This document shows, piece after piece, positions 13,945-27,310 of a stretch of 64,000 bases of DNA; position 1 is the first letter of the stretch, and the number at the start of each line of letters is the position of its first letter. The notes beneath the pieces are model-generated. The model worked only from the letters and a program-made list of their open reading frames with translations. It was not told the DNA's origin and did no database searches. Made by a program: the position numbers and the translations under genes. The DNA is from Octopus sinensis (lineage: Eukaryota). The stretch is taken from NCBI RefSeq assembly GCF_006345805.1, contig NC_042998.1, forward strand, positions 124,620,001 to 124,684,000, given 5' to 3'.

Positions 13945-14348
13945 CTCATGCATATGCATATACATGAACGTGTGTGTGTGAGATGCATGTGTGTTCGCGC
14001 ACGCTTGTGTCTGTGTATTTGTATGTGTGTATGTAATAAAGGTGGAAACAGAGCGGACGCTCAAAATTATAGGCCTATGTCTCTGACCTTATACATCAGC
14101 AAAGTCATGGAACGAATAGTACGCTAGAAACAAATTACGTTTCTTGAAGAGAATGACCAAGTAGAAGCTGCCTGACACAGCCCTTAGATGACTATGTCTG
14201 TGTGTTAAAGTAGCTGCCCAACAACTCAGATGTGGGTATGGTATATCTTGACTTTGCAAAAGCCTTTGATAAACTCGACCATGGTATGATAAACCACAAA
14301 CTGCGTGATCTTGGCATAGTCAGAAAACATGAACAGTGGCTAAACGAC

Positions 14349-15598
14349 CTCTGAAGAGGTTCCAGGCCATCCGTGATGTCCGTACTCGTCCGTCTCAGAG
14401 CAGCTTCCGTCTCGGGAGAGGGTGATCAAATCTCTGTCTCCGGTGAGTCTTGGAACAGCAGTGGGCGCACCAACAACCTACCATTCTCTGCTTCATCGAT
14501 TTTGCGGCTGCCTTCGACTCGGTGGATCTGACGTATTATGCAGGGCTACTATCGTTCAGCAAGGGCTCGTGTGGGGGTCTATGGTGAGGAGACGGAGTTG
14601 TTTGATGTCATTACCGGTGTTCGACAGGGTTGCGCGCTCTCGCCAACCCTATTCAATTACGCCATCGATTACATTCTCAACACTGCGCTTCGGGACTACC
14701 CGGGCGTAGAGGCTGAGAGAGGAGTCGTGGTGACGGACTTGGCCTACCCAGATGACATCGTGCTCTTGGGCTCTAGCCGGGCAGATGTCCAAGATGCTCT
14801 CGAAAGGGTGCATGCGGCAGCGACAGCTGTTGGTCTTCGGATCAATGCTGTCAAAACCAAAGTGATGGCATCTCTGGTCGTAGCAGATGAATGGCGGCCA
14901 ATCATTCTCGAAGGCGTGGAAATGGAAGATGTGGAGTCCTTCATCTACCTGGGTTCAACGATGGTTCCAACGGGCCAGGGCGCAGCCGAGGTAGAGCGTC
15001 GCATAGGTGTTGTCATATCCGCATTCGTGTGCCTCCAGCGGTGCCTATGGGACAGAAGAGAGATCTCCTCGGTGATCAAAGGGTGAATCTACCAGGCCGT
15101 CGTTCGTACTATCCTCCTCTATGGTTGTGAAACATGGCCTATGAGGGTAGTCAATCAGCGAAGGCTGGCGGTGTTCGACAATGAATATCTCCGCCGCATT
15201 CTTCGCTGACTACAGCTGATCTTCGTCATCGCCTGAATCTCCGGCCCCTCCCTTCGGTGCTTCTACAACGGCGCTTAAGGTGGTTCGGTCATGCGGCCCG
15301 GCGTCCAGGAGGTGAGCTGATTTGCGATGACCTCCTCCCACCTCCACTTCCCAGCTAGCGCAAATGCACGGGAAGGCAGCTGAAGACCTGGGCAACGACG
15401 ATAAAGGAGGACCTCTCCGAACTCTCAGGTCCGCAGGTGGTCGATCTGCGCAGATGGAACCGCAAATGGCTCGCTATCTCCAGTGACCTCGCACAGGACC
15501 GTCGAGCGTGGGCCGCCATTGTTCGTGATGCCGTTAGGACCAGAGAAGAAGCCCGCTCAACCCACCCTGGGTGAACACCGTCACAAGTACAAAGTACA
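14349..15598 (+). mobile_element. 5'-truncated RTE-clade LINE, GC-rich, with 7-bp TSD AAACGAC (14342-14348 and 15599-15605)
   Basis: CFIDFAAAFDSVD, GVRQGCALSPTLFN, LAYPDDIVLL, GLRINAVKTKVM, FIYLGS, LLYGCETW, LRWFGHAAR, AQDRRAW. The 3' end is caagtacaaagtaca. Confidence 0.93.
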
Positions 15599-16337
15599 AA
15601 ACGACTTTCTAAATAATACAAGTCAGGCAGTGATCGCCAATGGTGCTACCACTAAGAAAACACAATAGTGAGTGGAATTCCACAGGGCACAGCCTTAGGT
15701 TCACTGCTATTCATAGTGGTCCACTGCGCCATGCCTTGAGCTGCTCAGATAGCCACACTTACTAGCTATGCAGATGATTCAAAAGTCTCTCACAGGATAC
15801 AGACCTCTGGAAAAATTGCGCAGCTGCAACAGTTGTTGGACGCAGTTTACAGGAAAGCTGAGGAAAATAGCATGCTGTTTAATGCTAGAAAATCCCAAGC
15901 CCTTCCTACAAAGCTGAATGAAGTGCGCACAGGATACATTAGCTTAGGAGGATTGCAATCCTTGAATCAAAATTAGTGCACGACCTGCGAAATGATATAA
16001 AGACCTCTTTTCAGCTACATAAGACTAAGTTGGCAATAAGATGCAGACGCCTGGCCGGATGGATCCTTCAAACATTCAGAACGTGAGAACAGGAAACCAT
16101 GATGACCTTCTGGAGGACATATGTTCTCAGTCGCTTTGGCCACTGATCCCAACCAAGATCACCACACAGTGTGAAATTAATGGGAGAAACAATCCAGCGA
16201 AGCTACACAAAAAACACTGTCTCAATGCAATGTATCGACTGCTGAGAAAATCTGAGAACGTTAAGACTCTACTCCCTAGTACGTAGGTGAGAAAGACATG
16301 CGGTAATACACATCTAGAAAGTCATGTACCAAACTTT

Positions 16338-16486
16338 GATGGCTATGTGGTAAGAAGCTTGGTTTCTAAGCACATGGCTCTGGGTTCAGTCCCACTGCTT
16401 GTCACCTTGGGCAAGTACCTTCTGTAACCTCGGTCCGAGCAAAGCATTGTTTGTGTGTTTGGAAGAGGGAAACTAGAAGGCCAGTC

Positions 16487-16536
<50 letters not shown>

Positions 16537-16815
16537 CTGTGTCTGTGTCTGTGTCTGTGTGTGTGTGTGTGTATAGAAATAGAAATATACATGTGTGTGT
16601 ATCTGTTTGTGTCTCTGTTTTCCCACCACCGCTTGACAACTGGTGTTGGTGTGTTTACGTCCTCGCAATCTAGTGGTTCGGTAAAAGTAACCGATAGAAT
16701 AAGTACTAGGCTTTGCAAAAATTTAAGTATTTGGCTCGATTCATTCGACAAAAATTCAAGGCGGTGCCTCAGCATGACCGCAGTCTAATGACTGAAACAG
16801 GTAAAGAATACAAGA
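16338..16815 (+). mobile_element. tRNA-derived SINE family B (octopus OK/OR-like) inserted in the CR1
   Basis: A-box-like ggctatgtgg, B-box gggttcagtccc, internal (AT)/(GT) tract, tail ggcggtgcctcagcatg..actgaaac. Confidence 0.85.
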
Positions 16816-17599
16816 ATAAAAACAGCAGAACGGGGCGCCACTGCATAATGCCAAAGATCCCAATATTGCCATCAAGATACAATATCAGATACTGCATAGT
16901 GTAAATGTAGATGTTTTCAAAACAAAACTGGATCTCCTCTCTCAAGTATTCCGGATGAATCTACCTCACGACAGGAAACGCAGATGAGGGTAGCAGCATC
17001 ACACTCCCTCATTCACAAAATGCCACACATCAGAGATTCCAGTAGAGCAGATGTGTCAAAGCTAATGGCGATACTCCAACATGGATGTATCTCTCGAACT
17101 GAAAAAACTAGTTGACAACTGTTTGATCCAAAGAATAGCATAAATTGCTAAATTCCTATTCCATAATAGCCTTACATACATAACTCACTTCTGGGTAACA
17201 GAAATCGGGTTTTAAAATAAGATTTTACGTGCACAAAATTTCTATTAAATACCTAGAACAGCATTTCCTTTACGATTTACTCCAAAAGCCTATGGTATTG
17301 TATGAAGCTGATTTGGTATCGTATAAAATTTAATGGTCGATCTTGAAATGAGCAAGCCTACATAGACGTTGTCCCAAACAACAGTTTATGAAATCCTCGT
17401 TATGATTAATTGTGGAGTATTAATTTTATTTCGGATCAAATCGGATTTAAATAGAAAATCGGAATTGTTGAAAAACTGCAAACAATCTTCAAAATTATTA
17501 GTTTGGAGGTTCCTTCCACTGAACGGATGATGTGTATAAGAGTTTTTCTCTACTGCAAACTGTTACTGTCTTTACCATTATCATTGTTATTTTAAAGTT

Positions 17600-18130
17600 G
17601 TTGGACACGATCTTGTTCCGATGGACTTATTCTGACCACTGAGAAGATATCAATGTACTCAGAGGCCGAACCTTAAAGTCTCCAACCTACAGATGTTAGC
17701 CCAAACAATACCTTACATAACATTTACTGGATGGAATAACCCATTCTGCGCTCTCATCTTCTTATAGATGAGAGATCAACGTAGAGCAAAGCTCCGTCTC
17801 TAATACTATCAGATGCCAACACTATACTGGTGTCTTCGCTTAATTAAACATCAGAGGACATGTGTTTAGATACATCCCTAAATGCAATCTTGAAAGGGAA
17901 TCCTCTTGAGATCGAGTAACTGGATAGAAGCCCAAACTGTAGATGAATAAAGAGAAGTGGTTGTATGACGGACGGACTTGCTACACGAAATAGCTCTGAA
18001 ACTATTCTGACCACTGAGAAGATACTACTATGCACAGAGGTCAAACTTCTGAAAGCGAAACGGAAACCTGACACTTATAAGACTGAAAGTAAGTTGCTCC
18101 GAATACGGAGCGCGTTTCTCACTTCCATGC
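17600..18130 (+). mobile_element. Highly decayed RTE-like LINE C-terminal fragments
   Basis: GHVFRY..AILKGNP..*LDRSPNCR* and SSETILT..EVKLL resemble the RTE motifs GHV.R..GRP..RW and GSETW.LT; an internal about 23-bp direct repeat is present. Confidence 0.4.
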
Positions 18131-18619
18131 CAACACTTGAGAAAAAAAAAACAATCTTTGTCATCATCAACATCGATCATGTCTCTCCATATTCATTAGA
18201 CATTCTCTTGGTGATTAACGAGGAACCGAAGTGGAGTGGAGATATGTCCTATGTACAGTTTTGCTGTTTGTGATATTTAGTTATGCAGTGTATCAATTCT
18301 CGTATTCGGGCAGCAGTAGTTTATATGACATTTCTGCAGCAACTGTTGTTGTTGTCGGTGTTGTTGTCGGTGGTGGTAGTGGTGGTGGTGGTGATGGTGT
18401 TAACGTTTATGCTTTGACAGTTATGCTCTTATTGATGTTGACCCTGTGCAATATTGCTGGTTGACAGATACTTGGATCTATCACTTCTCTCTGCTAGCTT
18501 TGAAGATTGGAAGACTAAATTTGATCTACTTATTCATCCCTCTTACTCTATCTCATCATTTGACAACAGTCGAAGGCGAAGATGCACGACTACATGTATG
18601 CATGACTTGTTATTCATAT

Positions 18620-18850
18620 TGATGATGGTGGTGGTGGTGGTGTGGTACTGGTGGTACTGAAGGTGGTGGTACTGGTGCTGATGCTGGCGGCGGTGGCGGT
18701 GGCGGCAGCGCTGATGGTAGTGATGGTGGTGGTGGTGATGGTGGCGGTGGTGGTGGTGGTGGTGGTGGTGGTGAGATGCTGTTGATTATAATGGTAGTGA
18801 TGATGATGACGACAACAACGGCGACGACGATGACGATCACGGTGATGATG
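18620..18850. repeat. Compound (GGT)n/(GAT)n/(GAC)n microsatellite
   Basis: Direct reading. Confidence 0.9.
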
Positions 18851-19072
18851 TTTTAGCTCCAGGCCTTTCTTTAGAGAAAAGAAGGATTTCAAGTAGTCGA
18901 TTTTATTACCCTCGTATGACTTCAGTTTTCTGCCCTCCACCACAATCCCTACTTGAATCTACTTTCGATGCCGATGTAGAAGGAGATTTTTTCCAATTCT
19001 CCAGAATGGTATCACCGACTTGCTCTACTGAGACGTAGATTTGTCTTGTGCAACAATACCTGAATACGACCC

Positions 19073-19122
<50 letters not shown>

Positions 19123-19454
19123 TATATATATTATATATATATATATATATCCTGGGAATAACTTTCTCAACACTTTAGTGACACAATGCCCCGTATAAGT
19201 TCAGAACAAAACACATCTGCTACAAAGCAGTGCTGTGTTCGTTGTAACCCTGAGCCACAACTGACTCGTGCTTTCTCTTCTTAGGAGTGATACGAAGACC
19301 TACACTATATCTAGGCCGAAATGGAATTTGCAGACTCCTTATTTGTCGATTGGTGGTAAAGTCTTGTAGTCCGAAAGAAAGTGTTCTGCAACTTCTTGCT
19401 GAACAACCTGCACAAACTATTTGATTATAGTGAGTAAAGCGCACGTGCTGTACA

Positions 19455-19660
19455 TTTGCTCACTCCTTCCATCACGTCGATGTTGTCTGAACAGGTGCAC
19501 GATGTCCCACATGTGAGGTGTCGAAATGGTTGCAGAGTAATTATGAGATGAGGTATTTTGCTCAAGAACACAACGCAGTCCCCCCCCTACCCTGTCCATG
19601 AATTGAAACTACGATCTCGTGATCGTGAGTGTAATGCCTTAAACCCTAGGCCATGCGCGT
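19455..19660 (-). mobile_element. Degenerate tRNA-derived SINE (family C type)
   Basis: ttgctcaagaacacaacgc..ttgaaactacgatctcgtgatcgtgagt parallels 62040-62130 and 34350-34430. Confidence 0.6.
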
Positions 19661-19803
19661 AGTAGCTTGTGGCTTAATACACTTGTGTACCATGATCGTT
19701 TTTAGGAGTTCCACTACACAAGGTCGTATATATATTTGCAATAATTCTTGAACTTCAGGAGATAACATCCTTGCAAAGGATATGGCTCTATTATTACTAT
19801 TAT

Positions 19804-19948
19804 TAAGGTGACGAGCTGGCAGAATCATTAGCACGCTGGACGAAATGCTTAGCGTTATTTAGCCCGTTGCTACATTCCGAGTTCAAATTCCGCTGAGGTC
19901 GACTTTGCCCTGGGGTCGATGTAATCGACTAGTTCCCTACCCCCAAAA
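19804..19948 (+). mobile_element. SINE family A, internally deleted
   Basis: gagctggcagaatcattagcacg..gagttcaaattccgctgaggtcgactttgcc|ctggggtcgatgtaatcgact. Confidence 0.85.
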
Positions 19949-20575
19949 GGAGGAGGAGGGTGGCAATGGTTGCAGTGGTGATTGTAGGGGGAAGTGTCAA
20001 TGTGGACCACGACAGTGTGACAACGACCCCAACGATCTGTTCCCGCCCCTGCTGCTGTTTTTGTTGATTATAGAGTTGTGTTAGTGGATGCGGTAATAAT
20101 TTTTCAGATTGGATCCCTCCAACACCCACGAGTTAAAGCAGTCGTAGTCGTGTCTGTCTTTAAGGCAGCTGCAAACGTTGCTTTATCTGTAGTTAATTCT
20201 CGCTTAGTAGTGGCCTGAGAAACGCTGCTTTCGTTCCTGTTATTAGTGTCAATCTGTTTTTTTTTCCCATCTTGTTGCCGTTAATGTCGTTATCGCTGCC
20301 GCCACAGCAGCTGCTGCTACCGCGGCTACTGCTTGCTGCTGATGATTAATACTATGTCAGTCAAATTAAGTGAACCAATGATCAATGCTATTCCAACAAT
20401 GACCATCCCGGCTTTGTTTTAGTGTATCTAAGAATACACTATCCAACGTATCTATTAGAAGGCTGACTGTGATTTCAAGAAAATCTGGTTGCTATTTCTA
20501 GCAGGTCAAGCAACCACGTATAAATCTCTTGGTAGCACTTGTTAGTAGTAGTGGCGATGGCTTTCATTGTGATAC

Positions 20576-20828
20576 TTATTTCTTTACTACTCACAAGGGG
20601 CTAAACACAGAGGGGACAAACAAGGACAGACAAACGGATTAAGTCGATTATATCGACCCCAGTGCGTAACCTGTACTTATTTAATCGACCCCAGAAGGAT
20701 GAAAGGCAAAGTCGACCTCGGCAGAATTTGAACTCAGAACGTAACGGCAGATGAAATACGGCTGCGCATTTCGCCCGGCGCGCTAACGTTTCTGCCAGCT
20801 CGCCGCCTTCGTTTCTGCCAGCTCGCCG
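20576..20828 (-). mobile_element. SINE family A (tail type 1) with duplicated 5' end
   Basis: Full body; cgtttctgccagctcgccg occurs twice at 20787-20828. Confidence 0.9.
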
Positions 20829-21213
20829 ACGCTGCGCTCCTGTATTTGTTATGAGCCACAATGTTGGATTAGGCGGCTTAGAAAAGTGCAGCGTTAGCGG
20901 TCCCGCTAGTATTCCTATCACATCCCACGATGATCAACCCTCTCTCTCTTTCTCTCAGTCCCACTATTTCTTCCTTTCTCTCTCTTTCTTTCTCTCTCTT
21001 TATTTCTTTCATTCGCTTTCTTTATTTTTCTTTCTTCTCCTCTCCTCCTCTCCACCGCCGATTTTTGGCTTCTCGCCACGACACAATCGCCTTTCACATG
21101 GCTGATTGCGTCAACACGACCAGAGGACTAAAATAACAACAACAGCAACAACACGCTACGCACGTATAAATCAACAATAAAACTCGAGACAACTTAGGCC
21201 TCGATTAATTAGT

Positions 21214-21271
21214 TTGGCACTCAGGCCGAAACAACAAAAACAACAACAACAACAACAACAATATTATAATA

Positions 21272-21329
<58 letters not shown>

Positions 21330-21722
21330 GACAACAAAAACAACAACAACAACAACTACTACTACTACTACACGTATAAAAATTCAATTCACTCTATTTC
21401 GAAAGTCTTCTGTTCGGAGTCAGAATAGTTTGTTCAATGTGGCGAAAGTGGAGAACCTCTTTATGACAATACAACACAGTAAACATAGAAAGACATACAT
21501 CACGCTTTTTAAAGGTTAGAGAAGTTCTCTCCACTGAACAAATGATGCTGCGATTCCTTCCTAACAATGACCTCTTTTGATGGCAGACGACACCACCAAG
21601 GAAGATGGGATTAAAATAGTCTGGTGTTGCTAATTTTGTTGTTTTTCTTGTGGCTGCTTGTTGCTAGCGTTGTTGTTGATGTTGTTGTTGTTGTTATGTT
21701 GTTGTTGTTGTTGTTGTTGCTG

Positions 21723-21761
<39 letters not shown>

Positions 21762-21990
21762 AGTTATATGAGTGTACTTATTGTTATTGGAATTATTGTC
21801 TTTCTATTCAATAAGGTTTCGAAACAGAAAGCTGATAATGGGTGGTGGTGGTGGTGGTGGTGGTGGTGGTGATGATGGAGGCGACGTCAGTGGCAGTGAT
21901 AATGATGATGATGAGCATGATGATCATGATGATAATGATTGTGATGATGATGATAACCATCATCATCAGCAGCAGCAGCAGTAGCATCAC
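21214..21990. repeat. Clusters of compound trinucleotide microsatellites (CAA, AAT, CTA, GTT, GCT, GGT, GAT, CAG)
   Basis: Direct reading. Confidence 0.9.
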
Positions 21991-22389
21991 TACGGCGACG
22001 ATGGCGATCATGATTGTTATGCTGACAGTAAAATTTAAGATAACGATATAGAAAAAAAAAAATTTTAAGCAGGAGGAGCAAAAGACAAGGTGAAAATGGT
22101 CATGACAAAGTGGAAGAGATGAAGACGCTGATAATGACAATAGCAACAGCAACAACGATAAACAAAACAATTATGATAATAACGACAATTCATCTGTCTG
22201 CCAGATATATAAAACAAACCGATTTTCTTACTTCATTCAACAACAATGAAAAGTCGTGAGTCTGTTTTCCTTTACTAATTCAATAATTCAATCAATTGTA
22301 CAAACCAGTACATGCGCACAAATTTACTGTGTGTGTGTGTGTGTATGTATATATGTACACACACACGCATATATATATATATGTATGTG

Positions 22390-22421
<32 letters not shown>

Positions 22422-22532
22422 CTATATATATATATATATATACGTACATACATATACACACATGCATGCACACACACAGATATATATGTATATATACATA
22501 TATTTATATATATATGTATATATATGTATATA

Positions 22533-22578
<46 letters not shown>

Positions 22579-22636
22579 GATATACTACATACACACATAC
22601 ATATATACATACACACACACACATATATACACACAC

Positions 22637-22668
<32 letters not shown>

Positions 22669-22730
22669 TACGCATGTACATACGTGTTTATATGCTTGTA
22701 TATGTATCTGTCTGTATATGTGTGTGTATG

Positions 22731-22761
<31 letters not shown>

Positions 22762-23491
22762 AAACGCGCAGACAGACAGACAGAGACAGAGAGTGTGGGA
22801 AAGACAGTACGTTACACAGACTTGGGATTATTTTGAAATATAATGTGTATGGTTTTTGCTTCTTTTTGTTTCGCCTTTTTTATAAAAAGAAATGTACAAT
22901 CACCGTAAAAAGTAAAGACAGTGACTATGTTACATGTGTTTTGGGTTTTTTTTACGTTTCTGCTTGTAAAAAATTGAGATCGATGTAACTAGTTTCTAGT
23001 TTTCATACAACTTCATACAACTTCATGTTCGTTCATTCAATTTAGACTGATCTGTTTAACTGATTCTCGGTTTAAAATAGTGTAAATACGCTGCAAATCT
23101 TTTTGTTAATAAAATATGGATATTTTTCAGTAATGATGGTCTAATGAAACTAGAGGCTGAGTAATCTCGCATTTTCTGCTCACAAAGTCGCAAAAAACTC
23201 TCGAATAGATAATTTTTCCTTTTACTCAAAATTAAAATTGTACGGCGCTAGCAGGAGATAATCCAGATACACTACACTAGACTTAGTAGTACCCGAAAAA
23301 GGCTGGTTATTCAGACTCGGTCGCAGGAATACTACACCAGAGATCTACCAGGCCAATCATCCAACTTCATTTGTAACACCAGTACCATCAAATCTGGTCA
23401 CTTTCACTTAAAGACGACTGCTGCAAATGTGTTAACATTCAACTCAACGACAAGTGAGCTAGATATGGTACATACATATGAATGCACACGG

Positions 23492-23536
<45 letters not shown>

Positions 23537-23819
23537 TACGCACACATACACACTCATACACACACGTATATAGACACACACGCACAGACACACACTAACA
23601 TACAGACACGCACACAAACATATATGTATATTAAAAAATTAATTTTGGTTGGGACATTAATTTCCACCCGACGGCTTATTCAACCCTGAACAGGCTCCCA
23701 GGAGAAACATCACAATCTTGGAAATTTAACGATATTTTTTTCTGTTGAGTCATTTCTTCAGTAAATATTTTGTGGCTATTCTAATCTTTTAACTCACCCA
23801 CCACACCCATAATGCTTCT

Positions 23820-23853
<34 letters not shown>

Positions 23854-24104
23854 TTGTGTGTCTATGTGTATGTGTCTGTATCTCTGTGTGTGCTTGTGTG
23901 TGTGTTATACGGAGAGAGACAGAGAGACAGAGAGACAGAGAAATGTTTGTGTATGGGTGTGAATGTATTTATGAATTTATATATCTGTGTATATCTTTAG
24001 CAAATATATATGTATGTAGATGTGTAAATGTGTATGAATAAGCTTGTATAAGCAGTATTTTACCCACACATTCATATAGCTCTTATAGATATGTAGGTAC
24101 ATTT

Positions 24105-25346
24105 AAATGGTGCGATGGGTAAATTGTCGTCATTTTATATGTTTTAATTTTGTGCATGTGTATTATTTGTTTTTGATTTTTGTCGACCACACATATAGTA
24201 GGGTCGGTTGGGCACCGTCTGTGAAAATATAGCACCTTGACGCAATTCACTCTGCCAGAAACTTGGAAAAGACATGCTGTGCTGTTAGACATTCGCACTG
24301 GAAGCTCCAATATGAACATTTCTGAGTGTTTAGATGTCAATCTCAGGACAGGACAATGCAGAGGATTCGGAAAGAGTTGGATGAATCTAACGGTGATTAC
24401 AAAGGTACGGCAGCTCTGAAAACTCACTGTGGTCGTTCTGATAAAAAAGAACTCCTGAATTTGTTGGTAAGATCCAGGCCATGATTGACAACGATCGTTT
24501 CATGTCAATCAGCTCCATCGCCAGTGTCATGCCAGTATCTGAGTTTCTTATCAGGCAGATAGTACATGAAGACATTCAGTATTCCTCATACAAGATGAGA
24601 AAGGGCCAATTTTTATCTCAAGTCATCAAGGAAAAGAGGATGACCACGCAACAAAGCTTTTGAACAAACTCAAGCATCCCCTTCAACAAAACATGCTTTG
24701 GTTTTTCTCAGACTAAAAATATTTCTACAAGGTTAAGATGGTGGACACAAAGAAGAACCTTTGACCTGCCGTGTATCCAAAACATCTACCGAGAGTGATA
24801 AAAATCAAACATACAGTCAACATCATGGTGATTGGTGTGATCACTAGTGATGGCGACATTATGCCTTCATTCATCTTCCCACACAGCCACACATTCAACA
24901 CGGAGGCCTACATCAAGTACCTGAAGAAAGAAGTACTGCCCTGGTCAAGAGGGTGGCTGCTGGTAGACACTATGTCTGGTTACAGGACTCAGCATCATGC
25001 TACACAAGCAGGAGAACCCAGACAATTTCTGCGACCACATCACTCCCAGCATCTGGACATCTAACTCCCCAAACGCCAACCCTTTGAGGCATAGCTGAGC
25101 GAGAGACCAGTAAGCTCCTTGTAACACCAAAGATGAACTGAAGGCAAGGATCATGGTAGCATACACTAGCTTAAACAAGGAGACCGTCCACAAGAGTTCC
25201 AGGAGATTCCGACGTAATCTTGAGGGGTTGGCTGCAGCCAATGGTGATTTTATTGAATAAATTTACTCTTTAGTATTTCAAATGAGAAGTCAGTGATACT
25301 TTCATTTTGCGTAATTTAGACGACAATTTATTCACCGCACCCGGTA
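24105..25346 (+). mobile_element. Decayed IS630-Tc1-mariner element, maT/DD37D-like transposase, about 26-bp imperfect TIRs
   Basis: TIRs ggtgcgatgggtaaattgtcgtc and gacgacaatttattcaccgcaccc, followed by TA. Translation gives KKRTPEF..IQAMIDND..SYKMRKGQFLSQ..WFFSD*K..VMVIGVITSDG..WLQDSASC..WTSNSPNANPL..NGDFIE*. Catalytic spacing cannot be verified because of deletions. Confidence 0.8.
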
Positions 25347-25827
25347 TTTACGTACATATATATGTATATATAGTATATATATATATATAATTATATATAT
25401 ATATATATATATGTGTGTGGTGTGTGTGTGGTGTGGTGTGTGTGTGTGTGTATAAGTATATGGTGTGTGTATCCGTGCGTGTGGGGTTGGGTGTGGGTGT
25501 ATATACATGTCTGTGCGTATACGTATGTGTACATGCATGTATATACGTTTATATTCGTCTATCACTACAGTTATATATGTTTGTGTGTTTGTGTTCCTCG
25601 GCAAGTGTGTGTACCTTTATTTCTCTTTTAATATAATGAAATACGTGTAGATAGTGGAAACTATCTAATAAGTCAGCTGTTAAAAGTCATTGAACTTTTT
25701 TATGTGAGAACACTTTCTATGTAGACATTTTGTGGTCTAAATTGAGAAACATTAATCAGTCGATTAATCAGCTCTACGTTTATATGTGTGTGTATGTATA
25801 CGCATGTATGCATATATATATATTATA

Positions 25828-25860
<33 letters not shown>

Positions 25861-26322
25861 GGGAGAGAGAAAGATATATATACATATACATATTCGCATA
25901 TGTATGTATGTAAGTTCTGATTATATATTCACGCATATGTGACTGTGCATATGTGTGTGTATATCATATATCAGCTAATGAAGAGCAACAAGTCTCAAAT
26001 AAGATTAAATCCACATAGAAAACTAATGCGCTCCATAAATAAATACATTTTTTAAATATATTTCTTAAATATACTTCTTAGGTATAAATCAATAGATCTA
26101 CTAAAATTGGAGCAAGAAATACTGAAAATATGTGAAAAATTATACGGGGACAGTGACATTGAAGAGAGACAACAAAGAAAGAATAAAAATACATATTGCA
26201 TAAAATAGGGAAATTCTATCTTCGGTTACTAATCAGATATCGTTCTGGTTTCGACAACCATATAAACACGAATACATAGATATGCTTCTATGTGTGCATA
26301 TAGGCATTTGTGATCTGCAATG

Positions 26323-26361
<39 letters not shown>

Positions 26362-26367
26362 ATATTA

Positions 26368-26407
<40 letters not shown>

Positions 26408-26542
26408 TATATTTATATAATTATATATAATATATATACATGTATGTATAAATGTGTGTATCCATCTGTTTGCGCCCGAAAATATCTATGTAAGTACAAA
26501 TGCCACAATTGGTTATTTATATTATATTATATTATATTAACG

Positions 26543-26925
26543 GTGCAGGCGTGGCTGTGGGGTAAGAATCTTGCTTTCAAACCACATGGCTCCGGTTTCA
26601 GTCCCTCTTCGTAACACATTGGGTAAGTATCTTCTACTGTAGCCTTGGGCCGACTAAAGCTTTGTGAGTGAATTTTGTGGACGGAAACTGAAATAAGCCC
26701 GTCGTCTGTGTGTGTGTGCTTGTGCGTGCATGTGTCTTTGTGTCTGTGTGTGTCCCTCCAACCTTTTGACAATCGGTTTCAATTTAATGGCTCGGCAAAA
26801 GATACCAATAAAGTAAGTTCCAGGCTTTAATAAAGTACTCGAGTCTATTCCTTCGACTATCAGTTCTTCAAGGTGGAGACCCGGCATGGCCCCAGTCTCA
26901 CGACTGAAAAAAGTTAGAGGTAAAA
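26543..26925 (+). mobile_element. tRNA-derived SINE family B
   Basis: gcaggcgtggctgtggggtaagaatcttgc..ggaaactgaaataagcccgtcg..gcatggcc..gactgaaa. Confidence 0.85.
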
Positions 26926-27140
26926 AGTATTTACTTGAAAGTACTTAACGTCTCATACTACAAGGAAGGTGTACGGCTGCCAGTCTGCTAGATAATGTAA
27001 TAGCCGTTTTCACGGAAATCTTCGTGTCTATTTACAAAACGAGATTTTTTCTTCATTCTGAGAGTGCAGCTATAGCAAAACTTTACAGAACGCCTTTTAA
27101 ACTTTATATATATATATATATATAAAAAGTTTAAAAGGCG

Positions 27141-27185
<45 letters not shown>

Positions 27186-27310
27186 TTAAAAGGCGTTATA
27201 CATATATAATATATATATATATATATCAATGTACTTCTGGTCAAAGCTTATCTCGTATTTACAATTTTTTTTGAATAATGGTCTTAAAACAAAAGGCAGG
27301 ACGAACAAAT

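Larger units (their letters stand above)
14041..17107 (+). mobile_element. Decayed CR1-clade LINE (RT to 3' end), interrupted by an RTE and a SINE
   Basis: NYRPMSLT..ISKVMERIV; YLDFAKAFDKLDHG; WLND|FLNNTSQAVIANG; SGIPQGTALG; SYADDSK; LRLYSL; VFKTKLD..SIPDE. The frame WLNDFLNN is restored across the RTE insertion. Confidence 0.9.

Noticed and set aside
18856-19420. Overlapping open frames on both strands near 18856-19050 and 19285-19420
   Set aside because: No recognisable domain and ambiguous strand; the adjacent sequence is SINE-derived.
23252-23455. Plus-strand frame open for about 68 codons between AG and GT
   Set aside because: The acceptor is weak, the start overlaps what looks like a DNA-transposon end fragment (about 22990-23290), and no homology was recognised.
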